Source of the DNA: the human T2T-CHM13v2.0 reference genome, Homo sapiens
Assembly (NCBI RefSeq): GCF_009914755.1
Contig: NC_060930.1
Reading direction: 5' to 3' (one strand)
Length of the DNA: 64,000 nt
Below the pieces are notes generated by a model, which ran no database searches, was not told the DNA's origin, and worked only from the letters and a program-made list of their open reading frames with translations. Made by a program: the position numbers and the translations under genes. This document shows, in pieces, positions 1 through 18,759 of the stretch (the first letter of the stretch is position 1; each line of letters starts with the position of its first letter).

Positions 1-1
1 G

Positions 2-910
2 AATGATTTTGACGAGCTGAGAGAGGAAGGCTTCAGACGATCAAATTACTCTGAGCTACGGGAGGACATTCAAACCAAAGGCAAAGAAGTTGAAAACTTT
101 GAAAAAAATTTAGAAGAATGTATAACTAGAATAACCAATACAGGGAAGTGCTTAAAGGAGCTGATGGAGCTGAAAACCAAGGCTCGAGAACTACGTGAAG
201 AATGCAGAAGCCTCAGGAGCCGATGCGATCAACTGGAAGAAAGGGTATCAGCAATGGAAGATGAAATGAATGAAATAAAGCGAGAAGGGAAGTTTAGAGA
301 AAAAAGAATAAAAAGAAATGAGCAAAGCCTCCAAGAAATATGGGACTATGTGAAAAGACCAAATCTACGTCTGATTGGTGTACCTGAAAGTGATGGGGAG
401 AATGGAACCAAGTTGGAAAACACTCTGCAGGATATTATCCAGGAGAACTTCCCCAATCTAGCGAGGGAGGCCAACATTCAGATTCAGGAAATACAGAGAA
501 CGCCACAAAGATACTCCTCGAGAAGAGCAACTCCAAGACACATAATTGTCAGATTCACCAAAGTTGAAATGAAGGAAAAAATGTTAAGGGCAGCCAGAGA
601 GAAAGGTCGGGTTACCCTCAAAGGGAAGCCCATCAGACTAACAGCGGATCTCTCGGCAGAAACCCTACAAGCCAGAAGAGAGTGGGGGCCAATATTCAAC
701 ATTCTTAAAGAAAAGAATTTTCAACCCAGAATTTCATATCCAGCCAAACTAAGCTTCATAAGTGAAGGAGAAATAAAATACTTTACAGACAAGCAAATGC
801 TGAGAGATTTTGTCACCACCAGGCCTGCCCTAAAAGAGCTCCTGAAGGAAGCGCTAAACATGGAAAGGAACAACCGGTACCAGCCACTGCAAAATCATGC
901 CAAAATGTAA
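2..910 (+). CDS. L1 ORF1p (RNA-binding chaperone), N-terminus outside window; frame open from position 2 to TAA
   Basis: No stop in frame from 2 to 910; REKG, ARR and YPAKLS motifs present; ends HAKM*. Confidence 0.9.
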   Translation, partial: NDFDELREEGFRRSNYSELREDIQTKGKEVENFEKNLEECITRITNTGKCLKELMELKTKARELREECRSLRSRCDQLEERVSAMEDEMNEIKREGKFREKRIKRNEQSLQEIWDYVKRPNLRLIGVPESDGENGTKLENTLQDIIQENFPNLAREANIQIQEIQRTPQRYSSRRATPRHIIVRFTKVEMKEKMLRAAREKGRVTLKGKPIRLTADLSAETLQARREWGPIFNILKEKNFQPRISYPAKLSFISEGEIKYFTDKQMLRDFVTTRPALKELLKEALNMERNNRYQPLQNHAKM

Positions 911-946
911 AGACCATCGAGACTAGGAAGAAACTGCATCAACTAA

Positions 947-4788
<3,842 letters not shown>

Positions 4789-5850
4789 ACAATGAGATCA
4801 CATGGACACAGGAAAGGGAATATCACACTCTGGGGACTGTGGTGGGGAGGGGGGAGGGGGGAGGGATAGCACTGGGAGATATACCTAATGCTAGATGACG
4901 AGTTAGTGGGTGCAGCGCACCAGCATGGCACATGTATACATATGTAACTAACCTGCACAATGTGCACATGTACCCTAAAACTTAAAGTATAATTAAAAAA
5001 AAAAGATAATAATAATAGTAATAATAAAAAAAAAAAAGAAAAAAAAATTAAGGTTTACCTAGCCTGTGAAATGTTATTGAGAATTAAATATATTATTTTA
5101 TTAGACCTAATAGGTTTGCCTTTATTATAATCTAATGAAGCATTTTTACAATTTATATAATTGAAACATTATATACCAAAATATGTGATACCAAGGGAAT
5201 TTTTATTTAATTTGTAGCTATGTCATTAAAGTTCCAAACACCATAACCATGGTGTTTCATATTTCTTTATTAAGGAATATAAATGGCATTGAATAGTTAT
5301 TTTCCAAAAACATCAGCTAAGACCTGTGGATGCAAGAAATAACTTGATCCTAATTTCTTAAATTTCTAGGTAGCTGCCTCAATTTCAGTTTTCTCCAATT
5401 GTTAATGACTAGCCCTCTAGGATTTTGTTGACGATATGTGCAGTCTGATGATTTCTGTTCAAGTTTGTTTCCTCCTAGGCACAATTCCAGTGCACCTGTG
5501 AGAGACCCTTTATTTTGATAAACCCAAATGTACTTAAAAGTTGGAAAGCTATACAATTGTAATTTGAAGAAGTGGTCTATGCTTGAAGGGCTGTTGTAAA
5601 GAAGTGAACATTCCATGAGAGAGGCAATTTAGGAAGCAATTGATTTTGATATTCTTTAAGGCAAGACAAAACACTAAGTGGGTTATTTTTCTTCTTAGAA
5701 AAAGGTATTGAATGATACCATTCATGTGTGAAATTTGAAAATACCTGCTAATAAGCCTTTTGATTTCTTACTCAATAGACATTGGAAAAAATAATTTCTA
5801 CTTGCTCCTTCTTGGTTCAGTGTTTCATTAATGTAAAATAATTCATGTGA

Positions 5851-6019
5851 CATTGATCCATCAATGCTATTCAATGTAAGATCAAAGGTCAAAGTTCAAT
5901 TGGAAATTGTGCTAAGCAGTTTAGAACCATTTTGAAGAAGTGAATGAGCCTTATTTTAATGTGTAATTAGTGGATTTATCACAGTCCAGATGCTAATCTA
6001 GTTTCAAAAGTAAATAAAC
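5851..6019. promoter_or_regulatory. Candidate enhancer motif cluster (TCF/LEF, DR1, ONECUT/CUX-like palindrome, FOX)
   Basis: AGATCAAAG 5879-5887, AGGTCA-A-AGTTCA 5886-5898, CATTGAT-CC-ATCAATG 5851-5866, GTAAATA 6010-6016. Motif matches only. Confidence 0.4.
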
Positions 6020-6403
6020 TATTCATTCAATACAAATAGTTGTATTTTAGCACTTTTCTACCATGTCCTAGTGAGGACAAAAAAACCTTTAATTTTAATT
6101 TCAGTTACTCATGAATATTACCAAAATGTTAACCTCTGAAGGATGCCTGCTGTTGGCATGCTAAGACCTAACATGGAGCTCTGACGATCTCCATGTCTGA
6201 CAATTTCAGTTTTGATTGAAAAACCTGAAGGCAAGGCCTACAGTAAGGCCATTTCTGTATGTTTAGCTACAATGATAGTTTGTTTATATGGGTATAGGAC
6301 TAAAATGTTTCCTCAGCAAAACTTGTATAAGAGATGTACGTACAGATCCTTATCAATTCGGAAATCAATCCAATTTAGAAAAATGTTGCCTTTGGTATAA
6401 ATC

Positions 6404-6530
6404 TTTATATATACACACACATACACACATATACATATACACATACATACATACATATATGAACATAATTTATATATATTAGTTTAATATATATGCATAC
6501 GTGCATATATAAAATAATATATGCATATAT
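6404..6530. repeat. (TA)/(CA)/(CATA) low-complexity microsatellite
   Basis: tatatatacacacacatacacacatatacatatacacatacatacatac... Confidence 0.85.
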
Positions 6531-6852
6531 TTAGCAATATGGCATGTTTTATCTGAAATGCCAGAAGAGTAGTTTTCTGTTTCAATGAGATTTGAAAAAG
6601 AAATATGTATATATGAATGGTAAGTGGTCTTTCTTTCCTTCTACAACTTCTTTTCTATTCCTCCATACTCCCCAAAGGGGGTGCTAATCTGACCAGATTT
6701 TAGGACTTGGACTGGGTCATATTTACCAGAGGCATGCTGTGTTGAAAGAGAATGTGTCCTTGTTCAGCCTTACCTTCTCTTCCTATTGCCTTCAGACCAA
6801 GGACCCCTTGGGCCCTAACTATTCCTGCTCTTTTTCCTCTTTCAAAAACATT

Positions 6853-7506
<654 letters not shown>

Positions 7507-8256
7507 TGATGATAATATCGATATTTAATAGGGAGAGGGAAGCCCTGCTTTGGCTCAATGCCTAACCCAGGTACTTCAGCCCAGAATTATTATAGATCCC
7601 TGTGCTGGGAGCCCTCCCCACTCAGCTAACTAATAAGAGAGTGACAATTCAATTTTCCATGAACCTGGGATGAGAAGGATTGTGTTGGCCAAGGCAGGAT
7701 TGATTTCCACCCTTGGAATATAATACCGTTGCGGCCTCACTTGTGCTTTCAGATGAGGAAATTAATATTGTGATTTTGTTAAAATAATATTCTAAGACTT
7801 TTTTTGTGAAAATATGTTTCTTTGCTTCTAGATTATCACCATAGCTTAAATTAAATATCTCAGATAGATAGTAAGTAGCATTAAATACTAAACCTTTATG
7901 GACTTAAGTACTGGAGCAGATGTATTCTGATTAATCCCTTGATTTTAAACAATTATTATTTTTTTAATCTTGATGTTGCAGATATCTGGGATACTGTGCC
8001 ACAGGGATGGATTTTCATGGATGCTGTCTGCAGTATAGTTTCCTATGATTTTATTATTTGTATCAGTGGGTATTGTAAAAGGGTGAATAGTAACTTCCAA
8101 TTCTGGCAATATAATGGAATAGTCAAAAAATTCTTCAACCATGAAATGCTGCAAAATGCTGGATAAACATAAAAAATACAATTTGAATTCATGGCTCAGA
8201 TAGCAAAAATTTGAGGGGAAACTGAGAGCAAAAGCTTGAATTCAAAGAAGTAAATA

Positions 8257-8715
8257 GGCTGGGCGTGGTGGCTCATTCCTGTAATCTCAGCACTTCGGGA
8301 GGCTGAGGCTGGAGGATCACTTGAGGCTAGGAGTTTGAGATAAGCCTGGGCAACATGGCAAGACACTGTCTCTACAAAACAAATAATAAGTTAGCCTGGC
8401 CAACTTGGTGATGTGAGTCTGTGGTCCCAGTTACTCTGGCTAGAAGTTGAAGAGGGAGGACCATTTGAACCTGAGAGGTCAAGGCTGTTCTGAGCCGTGA
8501 TTGCATCACTGCACTCAAGTCTGGGCGACAGTGAGAACCTGTCTCAAAAAAAAAACAAAACAAAAACCAAAAAAAAACAAAGGAAAGAGAAAGAAAGAAA
8601 GAAAAGAAAGGAAAGAAAAAGAAAGAAAGAAAGACAAGAAAGGAATGAAAAGAAAGAAAGAAAAGAAAGGAATGAAAAGAAAGAAAGAAGTAAAAAAGAA
8701 AAAAGAAAGAAAAAG
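8257..8715 (+). mobile_element. AluJ with tail expanded into a (GAAA)-rich purine tract
   Basis: ggctgggcgtggtggctca...gaacctgtctc followed by an A/GA tract; aaagaagtaaa recurs at 8244 and 8684 (probable TSD). Confidence 0.9.
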
Positions 8716-10760
8716 TGATGTTGCTCTAAGGGCACTTGCTGATTCTGAATGGGCACTGGCTTTGATTTAGCAGGCAGCTGAAGCCAGAGGTAAATCGGGG
8801 GCTCAGGCCCTGCAGGCAGGTGCCTAGTCCTACTCTGCACCTTTTTCTTCTCCCTGTCTGTTTCTTCATAGGCAGGGTAATCATACACTGTTTCTAGAAT
8901 ATTAGCCTTCAAAATATTTTGAAGATTATTCATTTCACCTAAGTCTTTTTTTGTGTGGAAGAGGACAGTGGGGCTCATAAAACGTCAATGGCTTATTAAT
9001 GGCAGAACCAGGACAATAATCCAGTTTTCTTTTTCTAAGTTCAGAGTCCATTCTGCTCCACTACCTTGTCTTTCTCTATTAGTGTTTTCATCCAAAAATG
9101 AAATGACGGACATGTGTATGTGAGTGTGCATGCAGGTGAGTCTTTTGGGACAGAGGCTCAAAGAGATGATATAGTACACATTTAACAGGTTTTGAGATCT
9201 AAGTTGATGTGAGAGACGGAGGAGGGCTTTAGGACCTTCCTGGGCTGCTGAGGCTGTTACTTACCTCTCTAATTCTCCCATGTCTATGGAAGATGCTCCT
9301 TCAGCTGATCTCTTGGAGCTACAGATTGGAGGAGTTGGTACTGCTCCTTTCGTCAGTATGCTTTTGGCAAATAGAGTTTTTGGCATTTATTTCGAGTTCT
9401 CTAACCATCATGAGATCACAGGGCCGAAGCACTGTGGTCTCCTCTTCCAGGACTATACTTTTAATTGTGAGGGCCTGCGTTAAATATGACAAGAGTCCTA
9501 GTGGTACACTAGCCATCACAGTGAGCCAAAGGGCTCCCCAATCTCAATTCCCTTCTGAAGTTTGGGTGCTCTGACGTGGGTCAAGCAGGGCTTGGAAGAG
9601 ACATTGGGACTTTTGGGCAGGCTATAATTTAATGTCCTTTCCAACTGAGATCTAAAAAAGTAATTCAATATCTATTGAGTGGGGGGGGGATAAGAAAAAG
9701 CGGATTTTTCTATTTAAAAATGTATCAGTAGCAGACTCACACATTAATTTATTTCTACTGACCAAAGCAGAGTCAATATTGTTAAAATATTCAGTCAAAT
9801 GTTTACTCTTTCTTTCTTTTTCTTTCCAGTTTTCTGTTGCAGTTTTCTGAATGGGACAACTTTTGGGGAAACATAGTAATAGATTCCAATTCAAAATAAA
9901 TAGGCGGCCTGTTCCTGATAAGTAGTAGCATAATAACATGCAAATATTTACTTTGAAATTTTTACCTGAATGCTGACTATGAATAAACTGTGACTCTTTT
10001 TACAAAACTACCCAACAGAGATAGCTTGATCCAGGATGGTCTTCTTTTGTTTTTAATTTTAAATATGCATTTCAATTATTTTTCCTCATTTGTTGGTGGT
10101 GGCTACTTTTTGGGGGTAACCAGTGCAAAGTAATAGAAGAAGAAGAAAGTGATATGAGGAGAAAAGGGGCTTAAGAACTGTCTATAAAGGGTATTTTGAG
10201 GAGTGATTGGTCTAGAATATTCAAGGGCCCAGCCAGGTGGCTCATATCCAGGTGAGACCTGAGGTATGAGAAGATTTAAGAAACCAGGGGAGATCTATCA
10301 GGCAAATCACAAAGAATACCAGGATAGATTACATATATTTTTTTAGACACAAACTTCTTCCTGACAGTAAAATTTAAAAGAAATGGGTCCTTTTACAGGG
10401 AAAGTGAAGGTAATATTTTTAAAATACAATGAACAACATAAAGCTTTTATAATAGTATTGGAACAAATTCAGAAATTTCTTTTACATAGCCATTTATTGT
10501 ATTACCCAGATAAAAATTGAGAGCATAGGATTAGGATGTAGTTGATTGAAAATGTTTCTTGTGGGGAACACATTTAGAGACTCCATGTGTGGAGCTCAAC
10601 AGTAATGTAAGTGGTAATGAAGATAGTTATAGAGAAATGGATAAAAAATCCCTTAGATTCTTTTCCTTGAATATCACTGGCTTTGAACAGGAGCTGGATA
10701 TTAAACAGTAAAAGTTCGTCTTTCTAGGGTGATTTTGGAGCACTAGTGTTCCTAGGTGAC

Positions 10761-11148
10761 TGCTGTGGTTTAAATGTGTCTGCTCAAGTTTGTTGTTGGA
10801 AACTTAATTCCCCAATGCAATAGTGTTGAGAGGTGGGAACTTCATGAGGTGATTAGATCATGAGAGCTCTGCCCTCATGAATGGATTTTATGCCATTATC
10901 TCCAGAGTGTGTTAGTTATCAAGGGAGTGGGTTCCTGATAAAAGCGATTAATTTGGCCCCCTTTCTGTCTCATGCATTTTTCTTGCCCTTCTGCCATGGG
11001 ATGACACAGCATGAAGGACCTCACCAGATGCTGGTGGCACACTCTTAAACTTACCACCCTCTAGAATTGTGAGCCAAATAAATTTATGTTCACTATAAAT
11101 TACCCAGTCTGTGGTATCCTGTTTTAGCACAGAAAAAGGACTAAGACA
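10761..11148 (+). mobile_element. MaLR solo LTR, MSTD-like
   Basis: tgctgtggtttaaatgtgtc...ctataaattacccagtctgtggtat...gactaagaca; TG...CA termini. Confidence 0.85.
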
Positions 11149-11383
11149 GTGTGTATTGAAGAATATCCATTTATTTTGTAAACCAAATGATCAGATAGAG
11201 TACATTCCACTGAGAAATCTTCATTCTTACCTGGATGACTCCAGGTCTGCAAAACAATGTTCACAGAGGTGTTCTTTCCTTCTCAAGAAATAGCTTTCAA
11301 TCTACTTGTAGGAACGCTTAATTTGTCCCAAAATATTATGCCAATGAATACAGCCCACATTATTTTAGGCTGTAAAACCGTAG

Positions 11384-12082
<699 letters not shown>

Positions 12083-12396
12083 TGTAGTGCATTTATTTGA
12101 CTTGCATGAATCACATTACCAAACTTGTATGTGACATATAAATATTTAAGAAGTTACTAATTTGGAATTTGGGATAATTTTTAAAAAGATAAGGCAAACT
12201 GTTATATGAAATTGTATAATCTAATAATATTAAAAGTGATGAATACTTTAAATATTAAGAAAATAAATGTCAATTACCTCAAAAGTTTATATACCTACAT
12301 TTCATACCAATAATTGACATAACTTCCTCTTACCTCCTCCTTGAAAGTGAACCATGTACAAATCAAAAGTAAATGGCTAATATAAAAATTACACAG

Positions 12397-12695
<299 letters not shown>

Positions 12696-13034
12696 TTACC
12701 CATTTGTCTTATCTTTTCATTAAACAGGTTCTCAGTAGACCTCTAGCAAGCAACATCTTGGATGGAGGTATTTTCTTAAACTAACGAATGTCAATACTTT
12801 GAAGTACAAAATTGATGTTTTGAAAAAATATGCAATTCAGAATTTTTACTTTTTCTCGTAGGTATTTTCTTGGTTAACTAAAATTCCTCTTACCAGTACT
12901 TTAGCTCTATCCTAGAAAAACTGTCTAAATTCTTAGAATAGCCTCCTAGCCAATCTCTCTGACTCCACTCTCCATCCCAATGTAATTTATTGCTCACAAA
13001 ATTTTTCTTAGATTATTACTTCAAAATTTGTCTT

Positions 13035-13562
13035 GTTTTACAGCCTTATTGAAAAATGATGGAAGTACAATTAGCTACACATATTTAAAATGTGCAATTT
13101 GATGAGTTATAACATATGTGCACACCAACTAAACCATCATCACAGTAAAGATATCAACCTATCCATTACCTTCCAAAGATTCCTCATACCCTTTTGTCAT
13201 CTCTCTTTTCTACCCTCTCCAATCTTTGCACCCCCCATGTCACTCTTACCTTCCAGGCAACCACTGATCTACTTTCTGTCTTCTGTCACTATAGATTAGT
13301 TTATATTCTCTAGATCTTATAAAAATGGAATCATATAGTATGTACTTTTTTTGGGTCCATATTCTTTCACTCAGCATAATTAATTTGAGATTAATTTATG
13401 TCATTGCCTGTATCAACAGGTCATTCCTTTTTATGGTTGAATAGTATTCAATTGTATGGATATGCCACCATTTGTTTATTCAGCCACCTGTTGATGAAGA
13501 TTTGTGTTGTTTCCAATTTTTGGCTATTATAAATAAAGCTGCTATCAACATTCATGAGCATA
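13035..13562 (-). mobile_element. Old L1 (L1MB/L1MC) 3' fragment
   Basis: ccaggcaaccactgatctactttctg, aatggaatcatatagtatgtac and aataaagctgctatcaacattcatg are typical antisense L1M 3' text. Confidence 0.8.
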
Positions 13563-13886
13563 TATTTTCTTCCTTTCCTCTATTTTATTTTGTTCCCACT
13601 CCACCTCTAAACAAAGGGTATACAGCTAAAAAAACCCTTTGACCAGTAATTTATTCTGTTGTTGGAATTAACTAACTGATGGAAATGGACTGTTTAATTG
13701 GTATCGAGTAGACATAGGGACAAAAAGACTAAGCTGCTGAGCTCCAACGGCCAACTTTGTGAAATTCTTGAGCAACGTTCTTATCTGCAAACACAGAAAA
13801 TTTATTTTCTGCCCTTTTTCACAGAATCTACCCATATCTTTCCTTTTTATAAATCTTTAACTTAATTAGTACATCCAAATGACCTC

Positions 13887-14389
13887 TGTGATGGCTTATT
13901 TTATGTGACAACTTGACTGCGCTAAGGGATAGCAGGTAAAACATTATTATTGGGTGTGTCTGTAAGGAGGTTCTGGAAGAGTTTAGCATTTGAGTTGGCA
14001 GACTAAAAAAAAGAAGATCATCCTCATCAATGCAGAGGGCATCATCCAATCCCTTGAGGGCCTAAATAGAACAAAAAGGTGGAGGAAGAGCGAATTTGCT
14101 CTTTGTTTGAGCTGGAACGTCCATCTTCTTCCCTCAGACATTGGCACTCTTGATTCTAGGACCTTTGGGCTCTAACTGGGACTTCCACCTTAGCTCCCCC
14201 TTGTCAGGCCTTCAGGCTTGAGCTGGAACTACACTATCTGCTTTCCTGGGCCTCCAGCTTGCAGGCAGCACTGCATGGGACTTCTCAGTCTCTACAATTG
14301 TGTGAGCCAATCCCTCATAACAAATCTCTTTCTATGTATCTCTAAATATTCTATTGGTTCAATTTCTCTGGAAAATGGTGACTAATACA
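13887..14389 (+). mobile_element. ERVL solo LTR, MLT2B/D-like
   Basis: tgtgatggcttattttatgtgacaacttgactg...ctattggttc...ctctggaaaatggtgactaataca. Confidence 0.82.
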
Positions 14390-14400
14390 ATCTTTCATCA

Positions 14401-14762
<362 letters not shown>

Positions 14763-17552
14763 TGCAATATATTGTTTGTGTTTTTAAATTTCATAGTCCT
14801 TCTAGCCAACTATTAGACATATTATTTTTACATATTTGTGAATCTGTTTTTTTTTGGATAGCAAACAGTACAGAATTTCTAACATTGATTTTGCTAATGC
14901 ATATTTAATAAATATCTTCAATCTCTTAAGTAATGTTAAACCTCAACCTTTGCTCGTATTTCACAGGGGAATAATGCTTTATGTATTATGCCTACTTAAA
15001 GAATGTCTGGCAAAATAGTTGAGCACATGTTTTTCAGCTAAGAGCAATTGCATTTGGGGCTTTTAAGATAGCTTTTGAATTCAAGTACTGTGTAATTAAA
15101 TTAATAATTATAAAACCTACAAAATTTATATGTAAAATGAATTTAATTCTAAATTTTATTTGTGATTCTACAAAATTTGAATTGCCAAGAAGAAAAAAAA
15201 TCAAGCCAACTGGCAAAATAGTCTATTTCAAAATATTTTTAAAATGTGATTTCTAATATTGTGCAAATATAAATGGAGAGAGGAGATAAACATTGATTCA
15301 GTCTATAGATCTATTCTGTCCTTCTATTCTCAGTTTAACTCTTTCCTCCTGAGGCTTTGTCTTAGCCTCTTCCTTTATTCTGCAAAACTCTCTACTCATT
15401 ACTTTCACAGCATTTTCAATTTGCAATTACATATTTATTAATTTGTTGCTTTGTTTATTAGATAAAATCTCACCCTTGGGTTTGGGAGGTGAAATAGGCA
15501 AGATTTACCAATTAATCTAATTAACTGGCGTCGAGAGTGGATGGGGCCAAATTAGACATATGCATAAGAAAGAGCCTTTGGGATCAAATGGTGGACGAGA
15601 TCAGGGCTCTTGACACAGTTGAGGTCCTTGACATTGTAGGTACTGCTGATTACTTGGAAGAAGGACTGTACAACTAATACACAAGCCTGTTCTTTTCTCT
15701 TGTTTTTCCCTCTTTTTTTGAAGGAATTTGGAAATAGAATAAATTTGATACCAAAGTTAATATGCTACTTTATCCTTTTTCTCAGTTAGGACTGCAACAT
15801 CAGGCCTTTAACTGCAAAACAGCTGAATTCCTTGTGTCTGAGCAAACATCGTTATGTGAAATAGTTCAGCTTTAGGCACAGGCATAGATAGCAAGGCATG
15901 GGTAGGCAGCACTGATTGCCTATCCCAGATTGTTCCATTTTATTGTAGTTTAAATGAATCCCAGGCCAAAGGAACTTGGATTTTGATCTGTCCAAAACCT
16001 TCTGGAGTCACCTCACCTTTTCACCTCATATGTTTTCATATTGGCTCTGAACTGGAATACTATCTGGGTTGTGGATTTCAGGGACTCAGACAATGGATTT
16101 GATCATTGAGAGTTATTGGAATTTTATTAATGAAGAGAGAGAGAGAGAGAGAAATGGGGAGCCTTATTATAAAGAAAAGATATCATATTGTTGTGATAGA
16201 AAAAAAATCTCAAAGAAGTTTACAAACCATAGAGTTGAGGTGCAAATTTGAAAGATCTGTGCTGAAAATATTGTCTACAAGAGTCAAGTTTATTCAGAGG
16301 CAGTGGAGACAATGGTACACTTATAAAGAAATGACTTTAAGTCTTGCATCAAGAAAAAGTGGAAGATGACAGAAGAAAGGTACATTGATTGCAAAACAGT
16401 GAAGAAGAGAGCGACCATCTCATAAGAAGGATTGCAACCTTAGAGGGCAAGGTAATCACAGATGAAAGCTCCAACGACCAAGTTTGTGTGCATATAAAAA
16501 TGTTCTTAATGTTAGAACTAAGCAAGGAGTTCTTGTTGTCTTTATATCAGTGAGTCTGGACTAGAGCTTAATGAGGTTTAACTAAAAAGGATGCAAGATT
16601 CTAGAGAATAAACTAGGAGGACTCCCTGCTGAGGGGGCTCAGATATAAGAAACTATTGAAAGGCACTCTTGAAAGCTATAGGGAGGGAGTCAATAATAAG
16701 AAAAACTGGGAGAGCTCGCCCTTGATAATTGGGACAGCCTCTAGAGGTTATACAAGATTTGGAATATTTGATATTGGAAGCCTGGGAAAGTAAGCATAAA
16801 CTACTTCAGTCATTAGTAAGGGAGTGTTAAAGTGTGGTTAGTACAGGTGGAGAGGCAGGTTCTCTCATGCCATAGCGGAAAATGATTGGGAAATTTATGG
16901 TGATAGGACTCTTGGAGAAAGATGCAATGATAAGTATTTAATGGGAGTCAGACAGCATTCCAAAACATTGAGTTCAGACATGGATTAGGAATGAGACTGA
17001 TGGATGGTTTACTTCTATGTGGGAATTAGTCTGTTCAGGGAAGGGGAAGATTGGCAGGATTTGTTGTGGCAGATATGGAACCCATTCATCTCATCTCACT
17101 TTCTATAAGTAATTGAAACAGGCAGAATCTGGAAGTAGACATTAGGAAAAAAACAACAACTCCTGGGCCAGAAAGCAAAGATTACAGAGAAGAATGAAAG
17201 GAAGGCATTGGAACTTAGCAAATAATAATAGTTCTACACACACCAAGAAAAAATATGCCAACAGCTGGTTTAAAAAATCTCAAAGCATTTGAGTTTTTTT
17301 TCTCAAAGTTTAAAAGTCAGCTAGGTGTTCCTGAACTGACTTTGAGAACAACTGAAGAAAAAGGGACACAACATGGAAGTAAGAGAATTGGTAGAAGGCA
17401 ATTAAAGGCATTGCAGCCATTGAGAGTGTGTGTGATATTCAGGGGTTGGAAGATTTGAAACTGGCAGGATTATCTCGCTGTCTTTACTGGATCCTAGAAG
17501 CCCAGGCGATGGGAGCAAAGATAGTCACATTGTTGGTTCAGAAATATGTTGG

Positions 17553-17762
17553 ATGTTGTGATAGTTACCTGTGGCTGACATAACAAATGGCCACAAACTG
17601 GGTAGCTTAAAATAATAGAAATGTATTCTTCTTGATTCTGGAGGCTACAACTTAGCTTAATAACATCTGCAAAAACCTGTTCTCCAAATAAGGTAACACT
17701 CAGCAGTTCCTACATTAGGAAGTAGATATAACTTTTGGGGAGCTACCATTTAATTCACTATA
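17553..17762 (-). mobile_element. MLT1 (MaLR) LTR remnant, internally deleted
   Basis: cataacaaatggccacaaactgggtagcttaaaataatagaaatgtatt...tctccaaataaggtaacac. Confidence 0.6.
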
Positions 17763-17989
17763 GGCATGATTAGGATTCTGTTTCCTGAATCTAGGTGGTA
17801 GGCTTTTCTTCTTGTCACTGCTTTCTCTAGTGCAGTAAGGACATCTGATCAGAATCTGTATTCTAGAAGTAGATTCAGCTATTCTCCAATCTTTTTGTTT
17901 TGATTTCTTTATCCTTGACCCTTTATAAATCAGGTCAGCTTTTGTCCCTCTAAAGTGGTCATCTTGGATTTGGAGGAAGAGAGCAGGAA

Positions 17990-18458
17990 GCCTCAGACAA
18001 ATGGGTCTCTCATTTGTCTGAACATTTTGTGAGAGGAGCACTGACTATAATTCAAGGATTTTGTAAGCTGGAAAGCCTTGGAACATAAAGATAGTGTCTC
18101 CCTCTGGAGCAGAGGAAATGTTTATTTGTTGTTTGGTATAATAAAGATGTCTTCCTCTGGGACAAAGTTTGGGCAGGTTTGCTTGCAGTTGTTGTGAAAG
18201 ATTGGGGTCCTCTAAGCTTGAGTTTCCTCAGCTGTGACACAACCCACTGTGTGAGTAGCATCCACCTGGCTGATTTATGTTGCCCCATAGGACTTGGGGA
18301 CAAGGGGAACCATGAAGCTCATGCTGTTTGCTATGCAGTGAAAGAGTAAATTCAGGATACAAGAGTCTTGTATCTTCTGCCAGAATCCATGAAACTGTAG
18401 CAGACAAACTTCTTAGCTTGCAGCTAGGGTAAAACCTCAGATCATTACGTTTTTAACA
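17990..18458 (+). mobile_element. Ancient ERV LTR (MER89/MER90-like; family uncertain)
   Basis: aaagatagtgtctccctctggagc...cttctgccagaatccatgaaactg...ttagcttgcagctagggtaaaacctcaga...aaca; left boundary approximate. Confidence 0.5.
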
Positions 18459-18759
18459 GTCTCTTTTAAGCCTCCTACCGTAAGCTGAATTCACTAACTT
18501 GGTTTTTATCAGAGAACCCAGGTATTGAGTGCTTATTCAATGAAGAAAATAGTCAGTTCTGGTTCTCATTTGACTATCACTGCTATGTGTTTGCTTTTTC
18601 TATCAGAACTCCAGGGAAGAAGGGGTTAGTGGCAGGGTTTTGGATAGGACATCTGCCATATGGAAGAGTGGGCAAAAAATTTACTGTAGCAGGTTTAAGG
18701 CTGAATAGGGAATCTGTGCAACATAAATAAAAGTGTGAGTAAGTGAAGACACATGTACC

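Noticed and set aside
4831-4865. G-quadruplex-forming tract
   Set aside because: A standard, well-described feature of the L1 3'UTR.
8497-8978. K/R/E-rich and F/L/S-rich ORFs (also 29358-29816)
   Set aside because: These are translations of GA/CT microsatellites grown from Alu tails.
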